DNA of 64,000 bases from Macrostomum lignano (GCA_002269645.1 NIVC01002145.1:62001-126000), one strand, 5' to 3'; positions 33,601-46,269 are shown, numbered from the stretch's first letter. Notes: generated by a model from the sequence alone, not told the origin. Translations and numbers: made by a program.

Positions 33601-36600
33601 ATTCTAACAAACTGAAGCATTCTCGGCACTAAACTTTCTCGGCGGCTCTGAGAGCCAGAGCCTCAAACAGACAGAAATCTGTTCGAGTTGTGTCTGTAGG
33701 TTAGGTGGACCAGCTACTCCACAGCACTTCTAGGCGATAATCTGAGCCAGGAGTCTTCGAGAGACTTTCGTTACACATCCAGATGTTCTGCCTTGATGCT
33801 GGACTAGCTCACTTTCTAGGAATCTGTTCTGATTGCATTCTAACAAACTGAAGCATTTTCTGCACTAAACTTTCTCGGCGGCTCTAAGAGCCAGAGCCTA
33901 AACAGACAGAGAAATCTGCTCGAGTTGTGTCTGTAGGTTAGGTGGACCACCTTCTGAGAGACAAAGCCTCAAACAGACTGAGAGAGCTGCTTCAGTTCTG
34001 TCTGTAGGTTATGTGGACCATTTAAGAGCCAGAGCCTCAAACAGACAGAGAAATCTGTTCGAGTTGTGTCTGTAGGTTAGGTGGACCAGCTATTCTACAG
34101 CACTTCTAGGCGATAATCTGAGCCAGGAATCTCCGAGAGCCTCTCGTTACACATCCAGATGTTCTGCCTTGATGCTGGACTAGCTCACTTTCTAGGAATC
34201 TGTTCTGATTGCATTCTAACAAACTGAAGCATTCTCGGCACTAAACTTTCTCGGCGGCTCTGAGAGCCAGAGCCTTAAACAGACAGAAATCTGTTCGAGT
34301 TGTGTCTGTAGGTTAGATGGACCAGCTATTCTACAGCACTTCTAGGCGATAATCCGAGCCAGGAATCTCCGAGAGCCTCTCGTTACACATCCAGATGTTC
34401 TGCCTTGATGCTGGACTAGCTCACTTTCTAAGAATCTGTTCTGATTGCATTCTAACAAACTGAAGCATTTTCTGCACTAAACTTTCTCGGCGGCTCTAAG
34501 AGCCAGAGCCTAAACAGACAGAGAAATCTGCTCGAGTTGTGTCTGTAGGTTAGGTGGACCACCTTCTGAGAGACAAAGCCTCAAACAGACTGAGAGAGCT
34601 GCTTTAGTTCTGTCTGTAGGTTATGTGGACCATTTAAGAGCCAGAGCCTCAAACAGACAGAGAAATCTGTTCGAGTTGTGTCTGTAGGTTAGGTGGACAA
34701 GCTATTCTACAGCACTTCTAGGCGATAATCCGAGCCAGGAATCTCTAAGAGCCTCTCGTTACGCATCCAGATGTTCTGCCTTGATGCTGGACTAGCTCAC
34801 TTTCTAGGAATCTGTTCTGATTGCATTCTAACAAACTGAAGCATTCTCGGCACTAAACTTTCTCGGCGGCTCTAAGAGCCAGAGCCTCAAACAGACAGAG
34901 AAATCTGTTCGAGTTGTGTCTGTAAGTTAGATGGACCAGCTATTCTACAGCACTTCTAGGCGATAATCTGAGCCAGGAATCTCCGAGAGCCTCTCGTTAC
35001 ACATCCAGATGTTCTGCCTTGATGCTGGACTAGCTCACATTCTAGGAATCTGTTCTGATTGCATTCTAACAAACTGAAGCATTCTCGGCAACAAAAAATT
35101 CTCGGCGGCTCTGAGAGCCAGAGCCTCAAACAGACAGAGAAATCTGTTCGAGTTGAGTCTGTAGGTTAGGTGGACCAGCTACTCCACAGCACTTCTAGGC
35201 GATAATCTGAGCCAGGAATCTCCGAGAGCCTCTCGTTACACATCCAGATGTTCTGCCTTGATGCTGGACTAGCTCACTTTCTAGGAATCTGTTCTGATTG
35301 CATTCTAACAAACTGAAGCATTCTCGGCACTAAACTTTCTCGGCGGCTCTGAGAGCCAGAGCCTCAAACAGACAGAGAAATCTGTTCGAGTTGTGTCTGT
35401 AGGTTAGGTGGACCAGCTACTCCACAGCACTTCTAGGCGATAATCTGAGCCAGGAATCTTCAAGAGACTTTCGTTACACATCCAGATGTTCTGCCTTGAT
35501 GCTGGACTAGCTCACTTTCTAGGAATCTGTTCTGATTGCATTCTAACAAACTGAAGCATTCTCGGCACTAAATTTTCTCGGCGGTTCTGAGAGCCAGAGC
35601 TTCAAACAGACAGAGAAATCTGTTCGAGTTGTGTCTGTAGGTTAGGTGGACCAGCTATTCTACAGCACTTCTAGGCGATAATCCGAGCCAGGAATCTCCG
35701 AGAGCCTCTCGTTACACATCCAGATGTTCTGCCTTGATGCTGGACTAGCTCACTTTCTAAGAATCTGTTCTGATTGCATTCTAACAAACTGAAGCATTCT
35801 CGGCACTAAATTTTCTCGGCGGCTCTGAGAGCCAGAGCCTCAAACAGACAGAAATCTGTTCGAGTTGTGTCTGTAGGTTAGGTGGACCAGCTATTCTACA
35901 GCACTTCTAGGCGATAATCCGAGCCAGGAGTCTCCGAGAGCCTCTCGTTACACATCCAGATGTTCTGCCTTGATGCTGGACTAGCTCACTTTCTAGGAAT
36001 CTGTTCTGATTGCATTCTAACAAACTGAAGCATTTTCTGCACTAAACTTTCTCGGCGGCTCTGAGAGCCAGAGCCCTAAACAGACAGAGAAATCTGTTCG
36101 AGTTGTGTCTGTAGGTTAGGTGGACCACCTTCTGAGAGACAAAGCCTCAAACAGACTGAGAGAGCTGCTTCAGTTCTGTCTGTAGGTTATGTGGACCACC
36201 TAATAGCCAGAGCTCTAAACAGACAGAGAAATCTGTTCGAGTTGTGTCTGTAGGTTAGGTGGACCAGCTATTCTATAGCACTTCTAGGCGATAATCTGAG
36301 CCAGGAATCTCCGAGAGCCTCTCGTTACACATCCAGATGTTCTGCCTTGATGCTGGACTAGCTCACTTTCTAGGAATATGTTCTGATTGCATTCTAACAA
36401 ACTGAAGCATTCTCGGCACTAAACTTTCTCAGCGGCTCTGAGAGCCAGAGCCTCAAACAGACAGAGAAATCTGTTCGAGTTGTGTCTGTAGGTTAGGTGG
36501 ACCAGCTTCTCTACAGCAATTGAGTTGCAGGCCTTGCAGCTAGCTACTTTGAGATCATCAAACGAAACTCACTTTTCTGGACTCGGTGTCGACGGATTTG

Positions 36601-38249
36601 CGAGCAGACTGATGATTTTCACCAGGCGATGCGGCTTCTTCGATTTCGCAGTGGCTTTTTGCGACGGTGTTTTTTTAGTTTTTATTTTAGGCTTGGCGTC
36701 CTTTTTTGCGGGTCATCATATCTTGGTTGTAGATTACAGTTTTTGGCACAATAAATTTATATATGGATGAAACTTGGAGTAATGATTAACATTAGACCTA
36801 TTAAGTATAAAAAACCGTTCTAATTTATACAATTGCAATCCTTTAGAGTTGTATAGTATGGATTATAAGTACTTTCTTTTAAACTGTCTGTGTCTGGTCT
36901 CACTACGCCATGGTTTACGTGGACCACCCGCTTAGACATTATATATCCCTCTCTCCACTGTCTTACCTTCAGAACGCTTGCGGGTTTCCTATTGGCTGCG
37001 GTCGGTCCCATTGTTGGGGTGGATCTATCCTCCTAAGTGTTAACCAGCCAATTATAGAAAGGGAGGTCTGTCTGTCTGTCTGTTCCAACCCTATACTCCT
37101 GCACATGTGTTTACGTGGACCAAACAGACAGTGAGTGTTAGGCTGACTGTTAATGCGTTCTTAGTTTTACTGGGACCGCAATCAAGTCGACCTTTTGCTA
37201 GAGAGTCAGAGACCCAATCGCTAGCTAAAAGGCCCTTCTTAATTGCGTCCTCTTGATCAAATCTTTTGCATGTACATGTATGAATTGTCCTTTTCAATTA
37301 GGTAAATTGCATCTTCAACTTTGCACTTGAAAGGCTGCAGCTTAGGATCTTCTTCTTCCAACATTGGAGGAGGATAGAACAGGATATCCCATAGTGTTTA
37401 GGATAGAATTGGCAAGCACTTAATTCATGAAGTTGCTATTTTCTTCTTGTGTAATGGTAGAGCCTCAGAAATTCGCATTTACACAGTGTGGCTATCAAGG
37501 ACCACTGGGAGTTCTTGAGAAGTCATTGAAGAATACTATTTAGGCTTCACTTAAATATCTTTCTTGTCTCGGAGTCTTTATCGTTTGATCTGGTTAGCGA
37601 ATTGGATTTCTTTACGTTGGTGTCTTACTCTGTGAGTCTGTGCTCAGAGTACGATACCGAAATTGCTGGAACTGAGCTAATTAAATGGAGTTTAAAGTTT
37701 ACTGTATCAAATTCATTTCGCATACGAGGTTTCAGAATTTAACCTGCGTACCTACTTGAATGTCAAAGATGTTGAACGCATATTGTTTTAAAGCCAGTGG
37801 CGGTCATAATATGATGTTAACATAGCCATTTGTTCGTAAGGTAATGATCTGTAAAAAATTCAGTTTTGCATCGAATCTATGCTTAATAACTGCTATACAC
37901 AAACAGACACAAACAGACACAAACAGACACAAACAGACGATTTTCGAAAAATTTTCTAAAATTTTTCGGTTTACGTGGACCAGACTCGCTCAGTTTAGGT
38001 AGACCAGGCTGGAGGTCCAGCTAAACTGAAATGCAAATAACTTTGGAAAAAACCATGCTAGACATCCCAAAATTGCTTAAGCCTTTCTTGACCCGCCTGA
38101 CATTAATGTGAGATCCTCATCAACGTCTTAACCCCACCAGAGACAAAATTATTTGGTGGTCCACCTAAGTGGTCTACCTACACCGGGTGGTCCAGCTAAC
38201 GAGGCTACTAAACTTCCAAAAAGTCCACGTAAACACACAGACAGTAGAA

Positions 38250-38302
38250 CAGACAGACAGGCAGGCAGACAGACAGACAGACAGGCAGACAGACAGACAG
38301 AC
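38250..38302. repeat. (GACA/GGCA)n microsatellite just upstream of the DM1 exon acceptor
   Basis: Direct observation. Confidence 0.9.
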
Positions 38303-38329
38303 GATCAGTTCAACCCTGGCCACTCGCAG

Positions 38330-39204
38330 GCAGCAGCACAGGCTGCAGTCAGCGGCAGTGCCAGTCAGCCTGGGCCCTAGCGGAGGCTACAGCAACCGCA
38401 AGCAGTACTTCTGTCGAAAGTGCAAAGGCCACGGCATCAACATTAGCGTCAAAGGTCACAAGCGGAACTGCAAATACAGAACCTGCCCCTGCCCCAAGTG
38501 TGAACTGGTGGAGCACGGTAGGCAGATTGTGGCCAAGCAGATTAGCAATTATCGCAAGCAGCGAACTCAGGACCTACTTGCTGAGCAGGAGCAGCGGCTG
38601 AAAGGTCATCCGCCGCCGCCTCCACCGCTTCCACCCTCGGCAGCGCAGTCTCAGCTGGCGTCTCTGGCAGCAGTGGCGCAGCTTCCGGGGTTTCTGGCTC
38701 AGGCTGGCAGTTCCTCGATACCTCGGTCAGCCGAAGCGAAGCGGCTGCAAGCGACTGCCGGAGGCACGAAGGAGGGTGAGGGTGAATTCTCAGACTGTTG
38801 AACAATGAGCCTCAGAGATGCTTCTTAAGGTCAAACTAAAAAGAGAATCCTTCCCCAGGTCAACATAGAAAGGGAATCCTTTCCAAGGTCAAACTAGAAG
38901 GGGAATCCCCCCTAAGGTAAATCTCGGAGGGGAATCCTCCCAAGGTCAAAATAGGTGAATCCTCCCCAAGGTCAAGCATGCGAGACGATGCTAGAAGAGA
39001 CTAACCAAACTTCTCCACATCCCGCCGTTCAGACGAAGGCCCGCACTGTCGTCGGTGCCGCAACCACGGCATAATTCAATTGTGGCGCGGTCACAAGAAG
39101 CGCTGCCCGAAGGCGCAGTGCATCTGCGACGATTGTTCGCTAATTGCGCTGCGCAAATCCAACGACAAGTCGCTGAGGGAAGAGAACCAGCAGTCGCAGC
39201 AACG

Positions 39205-39237
<33 letters not shown>

Positions 39238-39358
39238 ACAGCAACAAATCACCACCAGATTCGATCACTTAGACTTCAAGCACGATGATCAGTTCACTTC
39301 CGCCATCGCCGGTGGCCATTTAAGCGCGTTTGGGCACCACCATCACCACCACCACCAC

Positions 39359-39389
<31 letters not shown>

Positions 39390-40592
39390 TTCAGAATCAG
39401 CAGCTGCCAAGCAGCAGTCGCCGTCCTCAGCGGCCCGTGGCGCCCGTAGCGCCGTTTCCGCATCAGCAGCATCAGCAGCTGCACCATCAACACCACCCGC
39501 CAGCGCCGACCATCGGGTCCTTGACTCTGGAGCCGATCGAAGCGGCCGCGGCGGCTGCCGCGGCTGCAGCGGCGGCTGCGGCTGCTGCAGTATCGGCGAC
39601 GTCCACCGAGGAGTCCATCAAGCCGGACCCGGCCGCATCTGCGACCGCGGCCATCGGAGACACCGTCGCGTCAATGACCCCGCCGACAGGCTTGGAGGAA
39701 AAAAGTGAGCAGCAGCTCTGAGCTGCAGCAGAAATACAGGGGGGCATCCAATCCGAGAGATGACTGCTGCTCAAGCAGATCTTGGGAAATGAAACTGCGA
39801 GTGCTCAAAAAAATCCACAAGCAATTTTTCATTCCAGCAGCTCGTCACTATCAGCCGTTTTGCTTCCCCGGCGTCGGCGTTGGCGGAGGCGGCATCGGCG
39901 GGCCGGAAGTCGACATTGGAGGCGTCGGCGCTTTCGACCTACCTAGCGGTGGCATCGGCGGCGGCGCCGGCTGCAGTGTCGGCTTTGAAGAGCAGTCGGC
40001 GTCGCTCTACCAGAAGGCGCAGTCTTGCTGGCGGCTGGCCGACCCTTACGGGTCTGGCGGCGGTGAGTACAACCGATTGAGCAGACATTTTGACATGAGA
40101 CAGCGGACACTTAGACAATAGACAGCAGACACTCTGACAATAGACAGCAGAAACCTCGACATGAGACAGCAGAAACCTCGACATGAGACAGCAGACACTT
40201 TGACAATAGACAGCAGATATTTTGACAATAGACAGCGGAAATTTTGACAATAGACAGCAGACATTTTGACAACATACAGCAGACACTTTGACAATAGACA
40301 GCAGACACTTTAGTAATATTCAGCAGACACTTTCACAATAGACAACAGACTGAATGGAGGATAAACTACTGTCAGTAGGAAAAATCGCGCAGCCAATGAG
40401 CTCAAACATTGAAACATTGACATTGACATCGCAGTGTACGGCAGCTACCAGGACCCGTACAGCAACTACTTTGCGCAACAGCAGGCCAAGCTGGAGCAGC
40501 AGTACGTGGCTGCCGGGCAGTACCTACCGACCTCCTTGGCTGGCGACATTGCTGACTCGCAGGGAGGCATGTGGCCTGGAAGCAGCATCTGA
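38330..40592 (+). CDS. DMRT (doublesex/mab-3-related) transcription factor with two DM domains; ~518 aa if exon 24470-24525 is included
   Basis: Exons 38330-38775 (DM1: FCRKCKGHG..VKGHKRNCKYRTCPCPKC), 39033-39704 (DM2: PHCRRCRNHG..WRGHKKRCPKAQCICDDC; polyQ/H/A), 39838 (or 39841)-40062, 40435-40592 (stop). All three junctions are phase 1. Confidence 0.88.
38825..38975. repeat. Degenerate ~28-bp repeat (GGGAATCC..CCAAGGTCAA), DMRT intron
   Basis: About 5 units. Confidence 0.75.
40085..40330. repeat. ~22-bp repeat (GACAATAGACAGCAGACACTTT), DMRT intron
   Basis: About 11 degenerate units. Confidence 0.85.
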
Positions 40593-40759
40593 CATTCTGA
40601 GAGCGTTCTCTGTCCTGTGAAAACATCTCAAGAGAGCGGCTACGAGCGCTTCTTACGAAGCTTATATTCGAAAAATCTTTGTCAGACTTCAACGTGGCCC
40701 TTTAAGTGAGGCGACTTCATAAAGCTTTATTGACAATAGTAGAGGGTAAGGGTTACTGT

Positions 40760-41522
40760 CGTCTATGGTAAAGCCTCACCAAAAGTACAAGCTACAGCTG
40801 TGTCTATGGTAAAGCCTCACCAAAAGTACAAGCTACAGCTGTGTCTATGGTAAAGCCTCACCAAAAGTACAGGCTATAGCTGTGTCTATGGTAAAGCCTC
40901 ACCAAAAGTACAAGCTACAGCTGTGTCTATGGTAAAGCCTCACCAGAAGTACAAGCTACAGCTGTGTCTATGGTAAAGCCTCACCAAAAGTACAGGCTAC
41001 AGCTGTGTCTATGGTAAAGCCTCACCAAAAGTACAGGCTACAGCTGTGTCTATGGTAAAGCCTCACCAAAAGTACAAGCTACAGCTGTGTCTATGGTAAA
41101 GCCTCACCAAAAGTACAGGCTATAGCTGTGTCTATGGTAAAGCCTCACCAAAAGTACAGGCTACAGCTGTGTCTATGGTAAAGCCTCACCAAAAGTACAG
41201 GCTACAGCTGTGTCTATGGTAAAGCCTCACCAAAAGTACAAGCTACAGCTGTGTCTATGGTAAAGCCTCACCAAAAGTACAAGCTACAGCTGTGTCTATG
41301 GTAAAGCCTCACCAAAAGTACAAGCTACAGCTGTCTATGGTAAAGCCTCACCAAAAGTACATGTACAGGCTACAGCTGCGTCTATGGTAAAGCCTCACCA
41401 AAAGTACAGGCTATAGCTGTGTCTATGGTAAAGCCTCACCAAAAGTACAGGCTATAGCTGTGTCTATGGTAAAGCCTCACCAAAAGTACATGTACAGGCT
41501 ACAGCTGCGTCTATGGTAAAGC
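40760..41522. repeat. 41-bp minisatellite (GTCTATGGTAAAGCCTCACCAAAAGTACA(A/G)GCTACAGCTGT)
   Basis: About 18 units. Confidence 0.95.
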
Positions 41523-42414
41523 CCTCATTAAAAAGAGAATAGGAGCTGGTCTGGTCTAATTCCAACTGTTGCAATAAAAATTATAACAATTAATTGTTGT
41601 TTTTACAATTCAATTTTCAAAGAAATATCAAATTTTGAACATTTTTCATTGTCGCTTTAGGCACTCTTGTCCAAATATCCAGATCCTGTTTGTTAAATAG
41701 CTACTGTACTTGGATAAAAATGTCACACTGCACTTTTTTGCGAAAAGAAGAATAAAAATTAAAGTTTGCAAATGCCCCTATGCTATTGATGTCAGTGAAA
41801 TGGTAGTGCTAGTGACATGTAGGTGTTGTTTGCAGTTAGTCATTACGATTTTATTGATTAAAAAAGCGTTATTTATCATGGCTCACTGAATTAAGCTTCA
41901 CTGATTGCAAATAAAAATGGCATAATACACAGGTGCGTCATTCGTTCATTGTTGCTTAACCCGCGTCCAAACTATAAAAGCTAATTAATTGGTATTGCTG
42001 TCACTCGAGCTTCTCTCTTTTTGAGCAAATATTTAAGCACCATTTTCAGCTACAAATTAACATTAGCAATACCAAGCCAATTTCATCAGCACGCCGACCA
42101 CGTGTCTGCAGCAAATCGAACTGCGAACTTCGGACTTCGACTATGGACACTCTGCTTCAAATTTCTATGAGGTCTCTGAGCTGTCTCTGAGCTAAGGGGT
42201 GTATTGAATGCACTGGCGCTTAAAAGAAAATCCGACCTTCTGGAAGAATTTAATATCTCGACAATCCGGAGGGATGGCAACTTGATTCTTGTTTGAAAAG
42301 GTGCGCAACAAAAAGTTTAACCGCGTTCTTGAAGTTCGTGTGCCTGCGCTGCTACGTTACGGCGCAGCAAAACATGTTAGGGATGTGATTTCACCCCGGT
42401 AGTTCAACTGTTAA

Positions 42415-43560
42415 GCTACCAATTAAGCTACCATTTTAACAACGATTCGAGCTACCATTTTAACAACCATTCGAGCTACCATTTTAACAACCATTCGAGC
42501 TACCATTTTAACTACCATTAGAGCTACCATTTTAACTACCATTCGAGCTGCCATTTTAGTTACCATTCGAGCTATCATTTCAACTACCATTCAAGCTACC
42601 ATTTAAACTACCATTCGAGATACCATTTTAACTACCATTCGAGATACCATTTTAACTAACTACCATTCGAGCTTCCATTTTAACAACCATTCGAGCTACC
42701 ATTTAAGCTACTATTCGAGCTACCATTTTAACTACCATTCGAGGTACCATCTAAGCTACTATTCGAGCTACCATTTTAACTACCATTCGAGGTACCATCT
42801 AAGCTACCATTCGAGCTACCATTTTAGCTACCATTCGAGCTACCATTTAAGCTACTATTCGAGCTACCATTTTAACTACCATTCGAGGTACCATCTAAGC
42901 TACCATTCGAGCTACCATTTTAGCTACCATTCGAGCTACCATTCGAGCTACCATTTAAGCTACTATTCGAGCTACCATTTTAACTACCATTCGAGCTACC
43001 ATTTTAACTACCATTCGAGCTACCATTTTAGGCTACCATTCGAGCTACCATTTTAGGCTACCATTCGAGCTACCATTTTAACTACCATTCGAGCTACCAT
43101 TTTAGCTACCATTCGAGCTACCATTTAAGCTACTATTCGAGCTACCATTTTAACTACCATTCGAGGTACCATCTAAGCTACCATTCGAGCTATCATTTTA
43201 GCTACCATTCGAGCTACCATTCGAGCTACCATTTAAGCTACTATTCGAGCTACCATTTTAACTACCATTCGAGCTACCATTTTAACTACCATTCGAGCTA
43301 CCATTTTAGGCTACCATTCGAGCTACCATTTTAACAACCATTCGAGCTACCATTTTAACTACCATTCGAGCTACCATTTTAGCTACCATTCGAGCTACCA
43401 TTTAAGCTACTATTCGAGCTACCATTTAAGCTACTATTCGAGCTACCATTTTAACTACCATTCGAGGTACCATTTAAGCTACCATTCAAGCTACCAATTA
43501 AGCTACCAGTTAAGCTACTGCTCAAGCTACCATTCGAGCTACCATTCTTGCTACAATATA
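42415..43560. repeat. ~12/24-bp minisatellite (TTCGAGCTACCA / TTTTAACTACCA)
   Basis: Alternating 12-bp subunits. Confidence 0.93.
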
Positions 43561-44079
43561 AGCTAAGCACTACAAGGAAAGCATACCCGTACACTACAAA
43601 AGTACATGAACAGTTTCTGAGAACGCGGCAACACTCGAGTTAGGATAAAACTCCAAACGGCCAACCAAGCGGAGCACAGTGTATTGTAAATACGCCGTAC
43701 AGGTGTATTAGTAATATTTCACAAATGAATAAACAAAATAACACGAAATAATTTGCCATTAGCGCGGCAGTGCAGATTGCAAATCAAAATATTTTAACTG
43801 CTCTTAGGGCAGACATGCATCGAATTGTAATGAAAGCCATTGCGTTTGTTGATACGCCAAGGTTTAAGCAGGAGATCAGTTTGCGTTTCGGGTGCAAGGC
43901 ACCTGCGCCTAGCAACTACTTGTCTCTCACACCAATATTAACTATCTGATCTTCACGGGGATACCTGTAAATCTATCTGCATATTTTTATTGAAAATGTA
44001 CAGATGCTCCACACAATTACCGTTTCGTTCAATTCAAGTATTCACCAACTGTAACATCCATACCAAAAAATCTATGGAC

Positions 44080-44812
44080 AATACCCCAGCTGATCTGCAG
44101 ACAATACTCCAGCTGATCTGCAGACAATACTCCAGCTGATCTGCAGACAATATCCCAGCTGATCTGCAGACAATATCCCATCTGATCTGCAGACAATACC
44201 CCAGCTGATCTGCAGACAATACCCCAGCTGATCTGCAGACAATACCCCAGCTGATCTGCAGACAATATCCCAGCTGATCTACAGACAATATCCCAGCTGA
44301 TCTGCAGACAATACCCCAGCTGATCTGCAGACAATATCCCAGCTGATCTGCAGACAATACCCCAGCTGATCTGCAGACAATATCCCAGCTGATCTGCAGA
44401 CAATACCCCAGCTGATCTGCAGACAATATCCCAGCTGATCTGCAGACAATATCCCAGCTGATCTGCAGACAATACCCCAGCTGATCTGCAGACAATATCC
44501 CAGCTGATCTACAGACAATATCCCAGCTGATCTGCAGACAATACCCCAGCTGATCTACAGACAATACCCCAGCTGATCTGCAGACAATACTCCAGCTGAT
44601 CTGCAGACAATATCCCAGCTGATCTACAGACAATACCCCAGCTGATCTGCAGACAATATCCCATCTGATCTGCAGACAATACCACAGCTGATCTGCAGAC
44701 AATATCCCATCTGATCTGCAGACAATACCACAGCTGATCTGCAGACAATATCCCAGCTGATCTGCAGACAATATCCCAGCTGATCTACAGACAATATCCC
44801 AGCTGATCTACA
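44080..44812. repeat. 23-bp minisatellite (CAGCTGATCTGCAGACAATA(T/C)CC)
   Basis: About 31 units. Confidence 0.95.
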
Positions 44813-45354
44813 GACTATTCCCTAAAACTATTGTACTGTTAACAGGCAGTATCGCTCCAAAAAATCTCAATATTCTCAAGAATCTACACATCATATTCAT
44901 ACAACGAATTCACAATAAAAACGCTTACAGAAACAAATTAGCAAGCACATCACGGCAAGGCAAAACGCGATTTAAGCGGGCGGTCATGCAGAGAAGCTAA
45001 TAATGTATTATATAAAATATAATCTTTTAAAAAAGCCAAGAGACAGCAAAGCAATTACAGAAAAAACCGACTGTAAGAAGTCCAGCGAAAATGTTATCAT
45101 TTAGTGCGCGCATAAGAGAGAGAGAGAACAATTATGAAATATAGACAGAGATCATCTCAGCGTGAGAATATCTCAAATAGCAACAATTATAGATGAAGCT
45201 AGCATATTACTCATATAAATATTTGAAAATGGCCACGTCATAAGCAGGCGAAAGATATGATTACGAGCTATTAATATGAGCGCTGTTTACTGCTAATCTA
45301 AAATAAGGTGGCCTACGGTAGCAAATATATAATTATTTTTAAGTGGAATCACCT

Positions 45355-45760
45355 TGAGGGGTTCACCTAGAAAGACGTTCACCTAAAGGGGGAGTTTACC
45401 TAGAGGGGTTCACCTAGAAAGACGTTCACCTAAAGGGGGAGTTCACCTAGAGGGGTTCACCTAGAAAGACGTTCACCTAGAAAGACGTTCACCTAAAGGG
45501 GGAGTCCACCTAGAGGGGTTCACCTAGAAAGACGTTCACATAAAGGGGGAGTTCACCTAGAGGGGTTCACCTAGAAAGACGTTCACTTAAAGGGGAGTTC
45601 ACCTAGAGGGGTTCACCTAGAAAGACGTTCACCTAAAGGGGGTTCACATAGAAAGAAGTTCACCTAGAGGGGGTTTAGATAGAAAGAAGTTCACCTAGAG
45701 GGGTTCACCTAGAAAGAAGTTCCCTTAAAGGAGAGTTCACCCATAGGGGAGTTCACGTAA
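45355..45760. repeat. Composite minisatellite built on GTTCACCTA(G/A) subunits
   Basis: Alternating GTTCACCTAGAAAGAC / GTTCACCTAAAGGGGGA / GTTCACCTAGAGGG. Confidence 0.88.
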
Positions 45761-46269
45761 ACTATTAGCAGCAATTAGCAGATAAAAAATCTTCAATAGA
45801 AATTTCTCCAATAAAAGAAGGAAGCGTAAAACTACAAAACAATTTCAATTGTCAACTAAAAAAACAGAGAACGATTCCGAATCGCTACGGATTTTAGCAA
45901 TTTCTATATTATATAAATATCAGAGTTTTATAACGCGACGCAGGCAACCAATGCAGTCAGATATTCAATATATACTACTGAAATAACAGCTACTGGTAGC
46001 GATATTATGCAACTGAAAAACAGCAGTAAAAAATAAATAATAAAATAATAACTTCTCAAGTAAAGCTGTGTGTACTTTGATTTTTAAAAACAGACAATCG
46101 CCACTATGTGGAGCGCACAAAACAGTAATCATATAATCACGCATATAAACTTTTAAGGACGTCAGCTAAAAAAGCAAGTAGATGAAGAGATTAACATTTT
46201 TGGGAGACTGATAGAATGAACTGCTGTGAGTAATTTACAGCTCTAGGATTTTTACTCTAGACAGCGCTA

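Larger units (their letters stand above)
27430..36510. repeat. 9-kb satellite array: 238-bp monomers plus 138-bp short doublets forming ~1.23/1.47-kb higher-order repeats
   Basis: Monomer starts at 27489, 27727, 27965 (period 238; 236-bp variants). Short doublets at ~28202, 28578, 29669, 30045, 31436, 31810, 32661, 33037, 33887, 34499, 36064. Confidence 0.97.
26367..38245. mobile_element. Putative ~11.9-kb composite element with 23-bp inverted termini, lying between GACA tracts
   Basis: Left end ACTGTCTGTGTGTTTAGCGGGAC matches the reverse complement of the right end, ACTGTCTGTGTGTTTACGTGGAC (20/23). Flanking microsatellites share an identical variant pattern. No intact transposase was seen. 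Confidence 0.45.

Noticed and set aside
27430-36510. Hammerhead-ribozyme satellite (retrozyme / Sm-alpha-like)
   Set aside because: No CTGA(N)GA ... GAAA ... NUH core in a workable arrangement was found by eye; a covariance-model scan would be definitive.
39080-39721. Treating the ORF-track stop at 39721 as the sole DMRT end
   Set aside because: A phase-1 donor at 39705 links to two further in-phase exons ending at 40592.
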